Origin: Gemmatimonadota bacterium
GTDB taxonomy: Bacteria; Gemmatimonadota; Gemmatimonadetes; Gemmatimonadales; GWC2-71-9
DNA length: 64,000 nt
NCBI GenBank assembly: GCA_039930765.1
Contig: JBDTTF010000285.1
Span: forward strand, 69,185-133,184
Direction of reading: 5' to 3'
How positions within the stretch are numbered: the stretch's first letter is position 1; each line of letters opens with the position of its first letter. Positions 1 to 12,102 of this stretch are shown here, piece by piece. Position numbers and translations under genes: made by a program. Under the pieces are notes generated by a model. The model searched no databases, was not told where the DNA came from, and was given only the letters and a program-made list of their open reading frames with translations.

Positions 1-2786
1 ACGGTCGACTCCCGGCCGGGATCGAACCGCCGATCATCAGCCCGCTGACCTCGTCGTCAAGCACCGTCCTCGTCGTCGGTCTGACCTCGGATCACCGGTC
101 ACTCCAGGAAGTTCGGTCGTTTGTCGATTGGACCCTGCGGCCTCGGCTGCTGGCCACCCGGGGTGTTGCCAAGGTGGCCGTGTTCGGCGGCGAGGTTCGC
201 CAATTCCGGGTCCAGGTTCACACCGAGCGGCTTCGGGCACTGGGGATCCCGCTGTCGGAGGTAGTCGAGGCCGCTCGGCAGGTCACCGGGGTTCATGGCA
301 CCGGCGTCATCGACAATTCCCGCCAGCGCATCGTCGTGCGGGCCGAAGCACCACCGGTCACTCCTGAGGCAATCGGCGCCGGACTGGTCCGGGAGCGGAC
401 TGGCTCCGCGATCAGGATCAGCGATCTGGCAACAGTCGTAACGGGTGCCGAAACCCCATTCGGTGATGGCACCGTCAACGGGCAACGCGGTTGTGTCATC
501 GTCGTTTCGGCCCAACTTGGCGCCAACACCCGTGACGTGCAGACCGGTGCCGAGACTGCGCTCGCCGACCTCGCGCCCGCCATCACCGCAGCCGGCCTCA
601 CCCTGCATCCTGACCTGTTCAGGCCCACCGAGTTCATTGATCTCGCCATCGGGAACCTGACCCGCTCGCTGCTGCTGGGTGCCGGCCTGGTGGCCATCAT
701 CCTGCTGCTCTTTCTTGGCGATGCGCGGGCCGCGGCCATCTCACTCACGGCCATTCCGCTGTCGCTGCTGGCCGCGGTGGCGGTGCTCGGCCAATTCGGA
801 TTCGGCATCAATACCCTGACCCTTGGTGGCCTTGCCATCGCCCTCGGCGAGGTGGTGGATGATGCCATCATCGATGTCGAGAACATTGCCCGCCGGTTGC
901 GCCAGAACCGGCTGCTCGAGGCACCGCTGCCGCCAGCCGAGGTGGTGCTGGCGGCGTCGATCGAAGTCAGGGCCAGCGTGACCTATGCCACTTTCGTGGT
1001 TGCCCTCGTCTTCCTGCCGGTTGTACTGCTTTCAGGAGTGCAGGGCGCCCTGTTCCGTCCACTTGCCCTGGCCTACATCCTGGCCACCCTTGCCTCGCTG
1101 GTCGTCGCGTTGACCGTGACGCCAGCGCTGGCCCTGCTCGGCCTCCGGCATCAGGGCACCACCACCGGGGAGCCGCCGTTGCTCCGGTGGTGCAAGGCGC
1201 GGTATCGGTCCGGCCTCGTGGCCCTGGCGCCCAATCCCGGCCGGGTCGCGCTGATTGCGGCGCTGGTCTGTGCGGCCGCCGCGGCCACCCTGCCATTCTT
1301 CGGCGCCAGCTTCCTGCCGGAATTCCGTGAAGGTCACTATCAGATTCACATGTCGCTGGTTCCGGGAAGCTCGCTGGAGGAATCGGTCCGGGTGGGCAAT
1401 GTGGTGACGGCGGTGCTGCGGGCCGATCCACGGGTCAGGAGCGTGGCCCAGCGGGCCGGACGGGCCGAGCTGTCGGAGGACACCTGGGGCACCCACTACA
1501 GCGAGCTCGAGGTCGACATCAAGCCGCTCAGTGGCAGGGCGGCCGAATCGCTGCAGCAGGATCTCCGTCGTCGGCTGGGCCAGATCCCCGGGGTGAACTT
1601 CGCGATTCGGGGATTTCTGGCCGAACGGATCGAAGAGACGCTGACCGGGTCGACCGCGGGACTGGTAATCAAGTTCTACGGTGATGACCTCGATAGTCTC
1701 GATGCCGTCGCCCGGAAGGCCGCGACACTGGTGCGCGGTATCCGCGGTGCAGCCGATGTCGAGTACGATCCCCCGCCGGTGGTGCCCGGGCTGACCTTCC
1801 GACTCAGACCCGGCGAGGTGGCGCGGGCGGGGTTGCGGCCTGGCGCCGTGCTGACCGCCATCGAAACGGCCACCCGAGGCACTCACGTCGGTCAGGTGTA
1901 CGAGGGCGGCCGGTCGACCGGGATTATGGTGATTCTCCACCCGGACGAACTGGTCAACGGCGGCGGCATCCGCCGGCTTCCGCTGTTTGGAGATGACGGC
2001 CGCATGGTTGAGCTCGGACAGGTGGCCGATCTGGTACGGACTTCCGGGCGGTACATGGTGGCACACCAGGGCGCCCGGCGACTGGTCACCGTGACGGCCA
2101 ATGTGTCGGGCCGTGACGAATCGGCCTTTGCGGACGAGGTCCAACGCCGGCTCACCTCCGAAGTCCGGCTTCCCGCCGGGATCTACGCCGAAGTCGGCGG
2201 CACTGCCCAGGCCCGCCGGGATGCGGCGCGGGAACTACTGCTGTACGGAATGCTGGCCGGCGCCGGCATTCTGATGCTGCTCAGCCTGGCCTTCGGCGAA
2301 AGCAGCCGCCTGCTGCTGGTGCTGGCCAATCTGCCGTTCGCCATGGTGGGTGGGGTCCTGGCGGTCTTTGCCACCGGTGGGGTCCTGTCGCTCGGCTCAC
2401 TGGTGGGCTTCGTGACGCTGTTCGGCATCGCCACGCGCAATGCGGTCATGCTGATTTCGCACTACGAATACCTGGTGACGAAAGAGGGCCGGCCCTGGAG
2501 CCTCGACACCGCGCTGCGCGGCGCCCTCGAGCGGCTCGGCCCGATCCTGATGACCGCCGCCGTCACCGGCCTGGGCTTGTTGCCGCTGGCCCTGGGTAGC
2601 GGTGATCCTGGCCGCGAAATCGAGGGGCCGATGGCGACGGTTATCCTCGGCGGGTTGATCACCTCCACCCTGCTGAGCCTGTTCGTGCTGCCGGTGCTGG
2701 CCATTCGATTCGGCCGCTTCGAGCCGCATCCGATGGGCCGGCCGGGTCAGCTGCTCGACGCCAGCCGCACCATCGACAGATCATAG
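1..2786 (+). CDS. CusA/CzcA-family heavy-metal efflux RND transporter, 5'-truncated by window edge
   Basis: Frame 3 is open from base 3 (GRLPAGIEPPIISPLTSSSS...DWTLRPRLLATRGVAKVAVFGG), continuous with the 870-aa ORF. Typical CzcA periplasmic and 12-TM RND sequence; full-length proteins are ~1030 aa, so the N-terminus lies upstream. Confidence 0.85.
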   Translation, partial: GRLPAGIEPPIISPLTSSSSTVLVVGLTSDHRSLQEVRSFVDWTLRPRLLATRGVAKVAVFGGEVRQFRVQVHTERLRALGIPLSEVVEAARQVTGVHGTGVIDNSRQRIVVRAEAPPVTPEAIGAGLVRERTGSAIRISDLATVVTGAETPFGDGTVNGQRGCVIVVSAQLGANTRDVQTGAETALADLAPAITAAGLTLHPDLFRPTEFIDLAIGNLTRSLLLGAGLVAIILLLFLGDARAAAISLTAIPLSLLAAVAVLGQFGFGINTLTLGGLAIALGEVVDDAIIDVENIARRLRQNRLLEAPLPPAEVVLAASIEVRASVTYATFVVALVFLPVVLLSGVQGALFRPLALAYILATLASLVVALTVTPALALLGLRHQGTTTGEPPLLRWCKARYRSGLVALAPNPGRVALIAALVCAAAAATLPFFGASFLPEFREGHYQIHMSLVPGSSLEESVRVGNVVTAVLRADPRVRSVAQRAGRAELSEDTWGTHYSELEVDIKPLSGRAAESLQQDLRRRLGQIPGVNFAIRGFLAERIEETLTGSTAGLVIKFYGDDLDSLDAVARKAATLVRGIRGAADVEYDPPPVVPGLTFRLRPGEVARAGLRPGAVLTAIETATRGTHVGQVYEGGRSTGIMVILHPDELVNGGGIRRLPLFGDDGRMVELGQVADLVRTSGRYMVAHQGARRLVTVTANVSGRDESAFADEVQRRLTSEVRLPAGIYAEVGGTAQARRDAARELLLYGMLAGAGILMLLSLAFGESSRLLLVLANLPFAMVGGVLAVFATGGVLSLGSLVGFVTLFGIATRNAVMLISHYEYLVTKEGRPWSLDTALRGALERLGPILMTAAVTGLGLLPLALGSGDPGREIEGPMATVILGGLITSTLLSLFVLPVLAIRFGRFEPHPMGRPGQLLDASRTIDRS

Positions 2787-4453
2787 ATGTCGAACCGGCG
2801 CCCCAGCCACCCGGCGAGCAACCGGGCTTCAAGCAGCAGCAGTATCATGGCGACCAGTGCCCCGGGGAGCAGCGCGGCGGCCTCCAGCCGGGGATAGCTG
2901 TAGACCACCAGCACCCCACCGGCCAGGACCGGAATCACCAGTCCCAGCCCCAGCATCACCCCCGCCGCCACCAGCCCCATGACGGACTGACCCATCGCCT
3001 CAACGCCGGACGTGCGCCGCTCCCGGCGAACCCACTCGGGATACAGCAGGGCACCGGCGTTGTAGATGGCAACCATCAGCCAGTTGACCGGCAGCACCAG
3101 CAGGGCAGACGCGGCGAACGAACAGGACAGGAGCGTGGTGCTCATCCCGTTTTCGGTGACATGCCAGAGCCCGCCCAGCGCCACGCTGAGCAGGAGCAGC
3201 TGGTAGGCACTGAGGATCAGCGCCGAAGCCGCGATTTCTCCAGTCATGATTGCGGCACCGCTCACCGGATAGCTGCGCAGCAGGTCCATCCGGCCCAGGT
3301 CCTTGCGCAGATCGTAGCGGATCCACTGGGGGCCGATCAGCACCAGGAAGACCGCCCAGAACAGTCCGAACCAGCCAAGCACTTCGCGCAGGCTGTCGGT
3401 CGGCTCCATCATTCCGAAGATCAGGGCGCTGCACAGGGGAATGCCCAGCGCCAGCATCGTGGGCAATGAGATCGATCGCGACTGACAGACGAGATTCTTC
3501 CACGCGACTGCCATGGCGGGACCGGCCCCGACTGGCAGCGGCAATGTCCGCCGGACCCGAGGCCCGACGGACCTCACCCCGCGTGCCAGACGGCGTACGG
3601 CACGGCTGGAGGCGTTGAGCGCGGCCTCTTCGAACTCGAAGTCGGCCCGGATCACCCAGGCGAAATGGGCCAGCAGCAGGAGCACCGCAGGAACCATTTC
3701 CTGGAGCCAGAGGCCAGCACTTGGGGCCACCGACGGCCGCAACAGCAGCTTCATCGGATACAGCACCGCCGAGATGCCAGGTTGATCGGCCAACCCGGTC
3801 AGCGCCTGCACAAAGCTGCCGGGCCCCAGACGCCAGGCCAGCCCGAGTACGGGCCACTGCCTGACCAGGAACCACACCGGCGCGAGCCCCAGGACGCTGA
3901 CCAGAAGCCAGAGTGCCAATGGCGGCCGGTGCTGCCCGACTCCGCGAGAAGCCAGTGATCCGCGGGTGAGTGCGGCTCCCAGTCGGTGGAGGTACAGGGT
4001 TCCGAAGCAGACCCAGAGCGAGATGGCCCGAAGCACGTCAGGAGCGGCCCCGAATCCGGTGCGCCTCGCTGCCACGGTCCAGAACAGCGTATTGACCAGG
4101 AGAAAGAACTGCACCCGCATCACCTTGAACCGGATCAACTGGCTCCGGGTGAGTGGGGCGGGGAACAGGAAAGTCAGCTCGGCCGGCGTGAACGCCAGCG
4201 CCGAGCGATCGTCCTCCATCAGCCACCACCGGAGCGCCAACAGCGTCATCAGCGCAGCCAGCTGGTTGAGGTGCCGTTCAGATGCTTCCGGCGAATTGGG
4301 ACTCAGCGGATGGGGGCCCAGTAGTACCAGCCACAGGTATCCGATCCCGAGCAGATAGACCAGCAGATACCTGGGCCTGACCGCTCTGGCCAGGAGTGTC
4401 CGCAGCCGATTGGCCAGGCTCCTGCCGGTCAGGTATACCAGGGCACTGGTCAC
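2747..4453 (-). CDS. Multi-pass membrane protein, putative ABC exporter permease (ABC_export-like)
   Basis: 568-aa highly hydrophobic ORF. Its start overlaps the stop of the upstream ABC ATPase by 4 bp (4450-4453). Family assignment is from overall architecture only. Confidence 0.6.
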   Translation of the reverse strand: MTSALVYLTGRSLANRLRTLLARAVRPRYLLVYLLGIGYLWLVLLGPHPLSPNSPEASERHLNQLAALMTLLALRWWLMEDDRSALAFTPAELTFLFPAPLTRSQLIRFKVMRVQFFLLVNTLFWTVAARRTGFGAAPDVLRAISLWVCFGTLYLHRLGAALTRGSLASRGVGQHRPPLALWLLVSVLGLAPVWFLVRQWPVLGLAWRLGPGSFVQALTGLADQPGISAVLYPMKLLLRPSVAPSAGLWLQEMVPAVLLLLAHFAWVIRADFEFEEAALNASSRAVRRLARGVRSVGPRVRRTLPLPVGAGPAMAVAWKNLVCQSRSISLPTMLALGIPLCSALIFGMMEPTDSLREVLGWFGLFWAVFLVLIGPQWIRYDLRKDLGRMDLLRSYPVSGAAIMTGEIAASALILSAYQLLLLSVALGGLWHVTENGMSTTLLSCSFAASALLVLPVNWLMVAIYNAGALLYPEWVRRERRTSGVEAMGQSVMGLVAAGVMLGLGLVIPVLAGGVLVVYSYPRLEAAALLPGALVAMILLLLEARLLAGWLGRRFDIYDLSMVRLASSS

Positions 4454-5181
4454 TCGGTGGCCTCGGTACCTTCTGCCGTCACGGCCAGGAAGATGGCCTC
4501 GAGTCCGCCGGCATCCGGATAGGCCGCAGCCAGTTCCCGCTGAGTGCCGGAGGCCACGATCCTGCCCTGGTGCATGAAGATCAGTCGGGTGCAGAGCTCC
4601 TCGATCAACGGCAGCTGGTGCGAACTCAGCACGATTCCGCCCCCGGCCGCCGCCCGACGGCTGAGCAGATCCTTGACCTGCCGAATCCCGACCGGGTCGA
4701 GCCCAGTGAGTGGCTCATCCATCAGCAGCAGCTGGGGGTCGTGGATCAAGGCGCAGGCCAGCGTCAGCTTCTGTTTCATTCCCCGCGAGAGTTCGTCGGC
4801 CAGGGCATGGCGTTTGGCGGACAACGAGAATTGCTGCAGCACCGCGCTCCGCCGATCGGTATCGTCGGCAATGCGGTAGAGCCGGGCGGTGAACCGGAGA
4901 TGCTCCTCGACAGTGAGGTAGTCGAACAGCGCCGGTTCATCCGGCACGAACGCCAGCCGCGCTTTGGCGAGCAGTGGCTCCGTCCTGAGGTCGAACCCGG
5001 CAACCGTTACCCGGCCTTCGGTGATCGGCAGGATGCCCGCGAGACTCCGCAGGGTGGTCGTCTTGCCGGCCCCGTTGGGGCCGACCAGTCCCAGGATTTC
5101 TCCTGGCGCCACTCGGAAGCTGAGCCCTTGCACCGCTGGCCGGTCGCCGTACAGCTTCGTGAGACCTTCGACTACGAGCAT
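4450..5181 (-). CDS. ABC transporter ATP-binding protein (ABC-2/DrrA-like)
   Basis: Walker [13 protein letters not shown], signature LSRGMKQKL, Walker B LLLMDEP; 243 aa. Confidence 0.92.
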   Translation of the reverse strand: MLVVEGLTKLYGDRPAVQGLSFRVAPGEILGLVGPNGAGKTTTLRSLAGILPITEGRVTVAGFDLRTEPLLAKARLAFVPDEPALFDYLTVEEHLRFTARLYRIADDTDRRSAVLQQFSLSAKRHALADELSRGMKQKLTLACALIHDPQLLLMDEPLTGLDPVGIRQVKDLLSRRAAAGGGIVLSSHQLPLIEELCTRLIFMHQGRIVASGTQRELAAAYPDAGGLEAIFLAVTAEGTEATE

Positions 5182-5265
5182 TGCGTCTCCGGACGGGTGC
5201 GGGCTGAAACTTCAGGCTGGCTCAGTCCGTTACTTAATGGAACACTTCAACGTGCTGGCGGAAAT

Positions 5266-6030
5266 ATGCGCAACTACTGGCTCAAGATCGCCCTCGGGGC
5301 CCTGGGCGTATTCCTGGTGGGGCTCCTCGGCGTGACACTGGCCCGCAAGGCCAGGTCATCGGTGGAAGGCACCCTCAACTCCACCGATCCGATCTCGATT
5401 CCCACTCCGTTCGTCGATTTCAAACTCGATGGTCGGCGGCTGGGTGAGATCTCACGGGTGGTGCTGCTCCGGAATGATCCCCACCACATCTCTGGCGTAA
5501 CCGTGGTGCTCAAGATGGCCGATTCGCTCCGGGGCAGCCTGGCCAACTGCATCCTCACCGCTGACAAGGTGGATCAGACCGACAACCGGTCCAGCTTCCG
5601 CTGCCAGACCAGTTCGGACACCGCTGGCCAGACGCTCATGCCGTTCGGCCGGGTGGCCATTCGGGGCACCTCGGACACCTTTGCACTGCTGCTGCCCCAG
5701 AAGGCCATCGAGGGGATTCAGCGCACCTCGTTCAAGCTGAACGGCAACGATTTCAAGGTCAGCGACGAGTCGGACTCGGCCCAGGCGGTTAACGACTCGA
5801 TCAAGGAAGTTCGGGACTCGATCCGCGAGGCCATCCGCGACTCGCTCAGTGACGCCGCCGAACGGACCAGCGATTCGATGCAGACCGCCAGTGAAAAAAT
5901 GGCGGATTCGCTGACTGAAGCGGCCCTGCGGAGGGCTGGCACGGCTGCCAAGTCTGTTCCTCCAGTCCCGAAGCCCAGGCCACCCCGGCCGCCAGTGCCG
6001 AAACCGGCGGCCACCACGGCCACCCCGTAA
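5266..6030 (+). CDS. Hypothetical membrane-anchored protein with acidic Ser/Asp-rich helical repeats and Pro-rich tail
   Basis: ATG at 5266 ([23 protein letters not shown] = N-terminal TM anchor). Upstream part of the 544-aa ORF is antisense to the ABC ATPase. C-terminus [20 protein letters not shown]...[15 protein letters not shown]. No recognisable family. Confidence 0.6.
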   Translation: MRNYWLKIALGALGVFLVGLLGVTLARKARSSVEGTLNSTDPISIPTPFVDFKLDGRRLGEISRVVLLRNDPHHISGVTVVLKMADSLRGSLANCILTADKVDQTDNRSSFRCQTSSDTAGQTLMPFGRVAIRGTSDTFALLLPQKAIEGIQRTSFKLNGNDFKVSDESDSAQAVNDSIKEVRDSIREAIRDSLSDAAERTSDSMQTASEKMADSLTEAALRRAGTAAKSVPPVPKPRPPRPPVPKPAATTATP

Positions 6031-6034
6031 CCGC

Positions 6035-6655
6035 ATGCTGCTGGTTCTCGACAACTACGACAGCTTTACCTACAACCTGGTCCAGTATTTCGGTGAACTG
6101 GGCGCCGAGCCAATCGTCCACCGCAACGATGCGCTCACGGTGGACCAGGTGGTGGTACTGGATCCCGATGCCATCGTCATCTCTCCCGGTCCCGGCACGC
6201 CAGCCCACGCCGGTATCTCGGTGCCGCTGGTCCGCGCCGCGGCAGCTGCACGCATTCCGCTACTGGGCGTCTGCCTCGGCCACCAGGCCATCGGCGAGGC
6301 GTTTGGTGGCACCGTGCTGAGGGCCGACCGGCTGATGCACGGAAAAACCACTGCCATCCAGCACCGGGATTCCGGGCTGTTCAAGGGCCTGCCCAATCCC
6401 CTGACCGTCATGCGGTACCACTCGCTGGTCGTCTCACCCCTTGAGCTTCCAGTGGAGCTTGAGGTCACGGCCTGGTCCGGGGACCGCCCAGCCGGGACCG
6501 AAATCATGGGGCTCGCTCACCGCCAGCTTCCAATTCACGGTGTACAGTTCCATCCCGAGTCGATTGCCACCGACCAGGGCCGGGAACTGTTGCGGAATTT
6601 TCTCTCGCTGGCCCGGGCGACCAATCGCCACAGAACCGCCTCCGCGCTGACCTGA
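6035..6655 (+). CDS. trpG: Anthranilate / aminodeoxychorismate synthase component II (class I glutamine amidotransferase)
   Basis: [23 protein letters not shown], catalytic GVCLGHQ and HPES motifs; 206 aa. PabA versus TrpG cannot be distinguished. Confidence 0.9.
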   Translation: MLLVLDNYDSFTYNLVQYFGELGAEPIVHRNDALTVDQVVVLDPDAIVISPGPGTPAHAGISVPLVRAAAAARIPLLGVCLGHQAIGEAFGGTVLRADRLMHGKTTAIQHRDSGLFKGLPNPLTVMRYHSLVVSPLELPVELEVTAWSGDRPAGTEIMGLAHRQLPIHGVQFHPESIATDQGRELLRNFLSLARATNRHRTASALT

Positions 6656-6730
6656 TGGACGCCAGCAACTCATTGTAGATCAGTGAGTTACGCGAATTGA
6701 TCTCCGCTCTGTTCCTCTCAGGCATGAGTT

Positions 6731-6759
6731 TTGACACTTAGGCCAAACCTTATTACGTT
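6731..6759 (+). promoter_or_regulatory. Candidate sigma70-type promoter (TTGACA-17 nt-TACGTT) upstream of kdsB
   Basis: Perfect -35 TTGACA at 6731-6736, 17-nt spacer, TACGTT at 6754-6759, in an AT-richer 106-bp gap. The predicted TSS falls on or next to the kdsB ATG (6765). Confidence 0.3.
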
Positions 6760-6761
6760 GG

Positions 6762-9188
<2,427 letters not shown>

Positions 9189-9189
<1 letters not shown>

Positions 9190-9995
9190 TGAGCTGGACC
9201 TTTGCGCGGGCGCCGTTTCTGATTGCTGGCCCGTGCATGGTCGAGCCGGGGGATGTCCTGGCGCGAGTGGCGGAGCGATTGGCCCTCATCAGTCAGCGCC
9301 TGGCGCTGCCCATCTGTTTCAAGGCCAGCTTCGACAAGGCCAACCGTGCCCGGGCGGGAAGTCCCCGCGGACCGGGGCTCGAGGAAGGGCTTCGAGCGCT
9401 CGAAAAGATCCGCAATCACAGCGGTCTCCCCATCCTGACCGACATCCATGAAGCCGCCCAGGCAGAACCGGCGGCCGAGGTGGTGGACGTGCTGCAGATC
9501 CCGGCCTTTCTCTCCCGGCAAACCGACCTGCTGCTGGCCGCCGGCCGGACCGGTCGGCCGGTGAACATCAAGAAGGGTCAGTGGATGGCTGCGGATGCCA
9601 TGACCGGAGCAGTCGAAAAGGTCCGCCAGAGTGGCGCCGGCGAGGTGGCCGTGACCGAGCGCGGCACGTTCTTCGGCTACGGCGATCTGGTGGTCGATAT
9701 GCGCAACTTCGACCGGATGCGTGAGGCCACCGGTGTACCGGTGATCTTCGACGCCACCCACAGCGTGCAGCAGCCGGGGCGGGCCGAGGCCGGAGCCAGC
9801 GGAGGAACTCGAGAGTGCATTCCCGGGTTGCTGGCCGCGGCGGCCGCCGCGGGCGCCGATGGTTTCTTCATCGAGACCCATCCGGACCCGGCTCACGCGC
9901 TCAGCGACGCCGCCACCCAGTGGCCGCTCGACCAGCTGGAACCGCTGCTGTCACGCACGCTCGAGATCTGGCAGGCGGCTCGATCCGGTGGTTGA
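9189..9995 (+). CDS. kdsA: 3-deoxy-8-phosphooctulonate synthase (Kdo8P synthase)
   Basis: ATG at 9189 overlaps the pyrG TGA (ATGA). FLIAGPCMVE, KASFDKANR, QIPAFLSRQTDL, DATHSVQ motifs. Confidence 0.92.
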
Positions 9996-10551
9996 CCCAA
10001 TCAAGGCCCGGCGGGTCCGGTTGCTGGGACTCGATGTCGACGGGGTGCTGACCGACAATGGTGTCTACATCGGCGCGGCCGGTGGTCAGGCGGTGGAACT
10101 CAAGAAATTCGACATCCAGGATGGCCTGGGGCTGGCCATCTGCCGCTTGATTGGACTGGAAGTGGTCTGGGTCAGCGGCCGGGCTTCTCCTGCGACGAGC
10201 GTCCGGGCCGAAGAACTGGGGATCGAAATGGTGCAGGACTCCAGCGCCCGGAAGCTGCCACTGATCGAGCAGATGCTGGCCCGGCGGAACCTGCAGTGGG
10301 ACCAGATGGCGTTCGTGGGCGACGACCTGGCTGATATCCCGGTGTTCAGGCGAGTGGGGCTGCCCATTGCCGTCGCGAATGCGGTGGCTGAGGTCAAGGC
10401 GCTGGCGGCGCATGTGACCATCGCACGGGGCGGAGCGGGCGCTGTCCGCGAGGCGATCGAAGCGCTGCTCGGTGCCCGGGGCGAGTGGGATGAAGGGGTG
10501 CGCCGCTTCCTCAAGGACCGGGACTCCGATGGCCAGCCTGCGGCCCTCTGA
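9988..10551 (+). CDS. kdsC: Kdo 8-phosphate phosphatase (HAD-IIIA)
   Basis: GTG 9988 overlaps the kdsA end. LLGLDVDGVLTDNGVYI and FVGDDLADIPV HAD motifs. The upstream part of the 230-aa ORF lies out of frame inside kdsA. Confidence 0.85.
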   Translation: MVDPIKARRVRLLGLDVDGVLTDNGVYIGAAGGQAVELKKFDIQDGLGLAICRLIGLEVVWVSGRASPATSVRAEELGIEMVQDSSARKLPLIEQMLARRNLQWDQMAFVGDDLADIPVFRRVGLPIAVANAVAEVKALAAHVTIARGGAGAVREAIEALLGARGEWDEGVRRFLKDRDSDGQPAAL

Positions 10552-11485
10552 AATCGGGCGCCGGGTGCTCCGGCTCGAAGCCAGTGAACTGGCCCGGGCA
10601 GCGGACCGCCTGGATGAACGGTTTGCCGACGCGGTCCGGCTGCTGGCCGAGGTCAAGGGCCGGGTCATTGTGACCGGGGTAGGGAAGTCGGGGCTGATCG
10701 CCCGGAAGATTGCGGCGACGCTGACCTCGACCGGCACATCAGCCACCTATCTGCACCCGGTCGACAGCCTCCACGGTGACCTGGGCCTGGTCGGCCGCGA
10801 TGACGCCGCCCTCGTGCTCAGCAAGAGTGGCGAGAGCGATGAATTGTCGGGATTGCTGGTGGCGCTCGAGCGGCTCGGGGTGCCGGTCATTGCCATCACC
10901 GGCGGTGGCGAATCGATGCTGAGCCGCCTGGCCAGGGTCACGCTCGATGGCTCGGTGACCGAAGAGGCCTGTCCGCACGACCTGGCACCAACCACCAGCA
11001 CCACGGTGGCGCTGGCACTGGGCGACGCGCTGGCTGTGGCCCTGATGGAAATCAAGGGATTCAAGCGCGGCGATTTTGCCGCGCTCCACCCTGGCGGTGC
11101 ACTCGGCCGCAAGCTTCTGCTCAGAGTAAAGGACGTCATGATCACCGCCCAGCCGCTGCTGCAGAGTGCCACCATGCGCGAGGTTGTCCTCGCGCTGGCG
11201 CACCAGCGCGGGCTGGCGATTGTGGCCGACGGTGGCCAGCTGGCCGGAGTACTGTCGGCAGGAGATCTATCCCGCCTGGCGACCGCCGGCGCCGACTTGA
11301 TGAACGGCTCAGCCTCGGCCCACATGACCCGGACACCGCGCACCGCTGCTCCCGATGACCTGGCCGCCTCGGCACTGGGCAAGATGGAGCGGTTCGGCAT
11401 CATGGCACTGCCGGTCGTCGACGCAGCCAACACCGTGGTCGGCGTAGTGCACCTGCATGACCTGATGAGGGCGGGGGCGGTGTGA
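10529..11485 (+). CDS. kdsD: Arabinose-5-phosphate isomerase (KpsF/GutQ family; SIS plus tandem CBS)
   Basis: ATG 10529. GVGKSGLIARKIAATLTSTGT SIS motif; C-terminal CBS pair (VVGVVHLHDLMRAG). Confidence 0.9.
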   Translation: MASLRPSEIGRRVLRLEASELARAADRLDERFADAVRLLAEVKGRVIVTGVGKSGLIARKIAATLTSTGTSATYLHPVDSLHGDLGLVGRDDAALVLSKSGESDELSGLLVALERLGVPVIAITGGGESMLSRLARVTLDGSVTEEACPHDLAPTTSTTVALALGDALAVALMEIKGFKRGDFAALHPGGALGRKLLLRVKDVMITAQPLLQSATMREVVLALAHQRGLAIVADGGQLAGVLSAGDLSRLATAGADLMNGSASAHMTRTPRTAAPDDLAASALGKMERFGIMALPVVDAANTVVGVVHLHDLMRAGAV

Positions 11486-12090
11486 CGCACTCCGCGAGGG
11501 GGGGCACGGGAGCAGGGGGGCAGCGAAACCCATCCGTCTTCTCCGTCTTCTCCGTTGCATACATACTGGCGATCGGCTGCGCCGACCAGGGCGCCAAGCC
11601 GCCGACCGCGGCCACCGCAGCGGACAGTGCTGATCAGGTGCTGATCAACATGCAGCACTATCTGGGTCAGGACGGTCTCCGCAAAAGCGTGGTCTTTGCC
11701 GACACGGCGTTCATCTACGAGACCAGTCACCTGATCGACATGCGGCAGGTCCGGGTGGTCTTCTTCACCAGTAACGGCGATACCAGTTCGGTCATCACCG
11801 GTGAGCGCGGGCTGTACCGGACCCAGGATGGCACCATGACCGCCACCGGTCACGTGATCGCCAAGACGCCGGACGGCCGGGTGCTGCAGACCGAGAAGCT
11901 GGAATACGACAAGGCGAAGAACCAGATCCTGTCGGAGGTGCCGTTCATCTACGACAAGGGCCAGGAACATCTCGAGGGCAATGGCTTCACCACCGACCCG
12001 TCCTTCGTCAATGTCGTGACCCAGCAGCCCAAGGGTGGCGAACGCAAGGGCGGCAAGCCGGCCAGCGGAATTCCGCTGCCGGGGCAGTGA
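11482..12090 (+). CDS. lptC: LptC-like LPS export protein (possibly lipoprotein-anchored)
   Basis: Position between kdsD and lptA. Beta-jellyroll-like repeats (VVFFTSNGDTSSVITGERGLYRTQDGTMTATGHV). N-terminal hydrophobic stretch ending in LAIGC (lipobox-like). Confidence 0.65.
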   Translation: MTHSARGGTGAGGQRNPSVFSVFSVAYILAIGCADQGAKPPTAATAADSADQVLINMQHYLGQDGLRKSVVFADTAFIYETSHLIDMRQVRVVFFTSNGDTSSVITGERGLYRTQDGTMTATGHVIAKTPDGRVLQTEKLEYDKAKNQILSEVPFIYDKGQEHLEGNGFTTDPSFVNVVTQQPKGGERKGGKPASGIPLPGQ

Positions 12091-12102
12091 GCGGTCGAGT
12101 CG

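Noticed and set aside
4396-5265. N-terminal 290 codons of the 544-aa plus-strand ORF.
   Set aside because: They are entirely antisense to the ABC ATPase gene. The plausible protein starts at ATG 5266 with a TM anchor.
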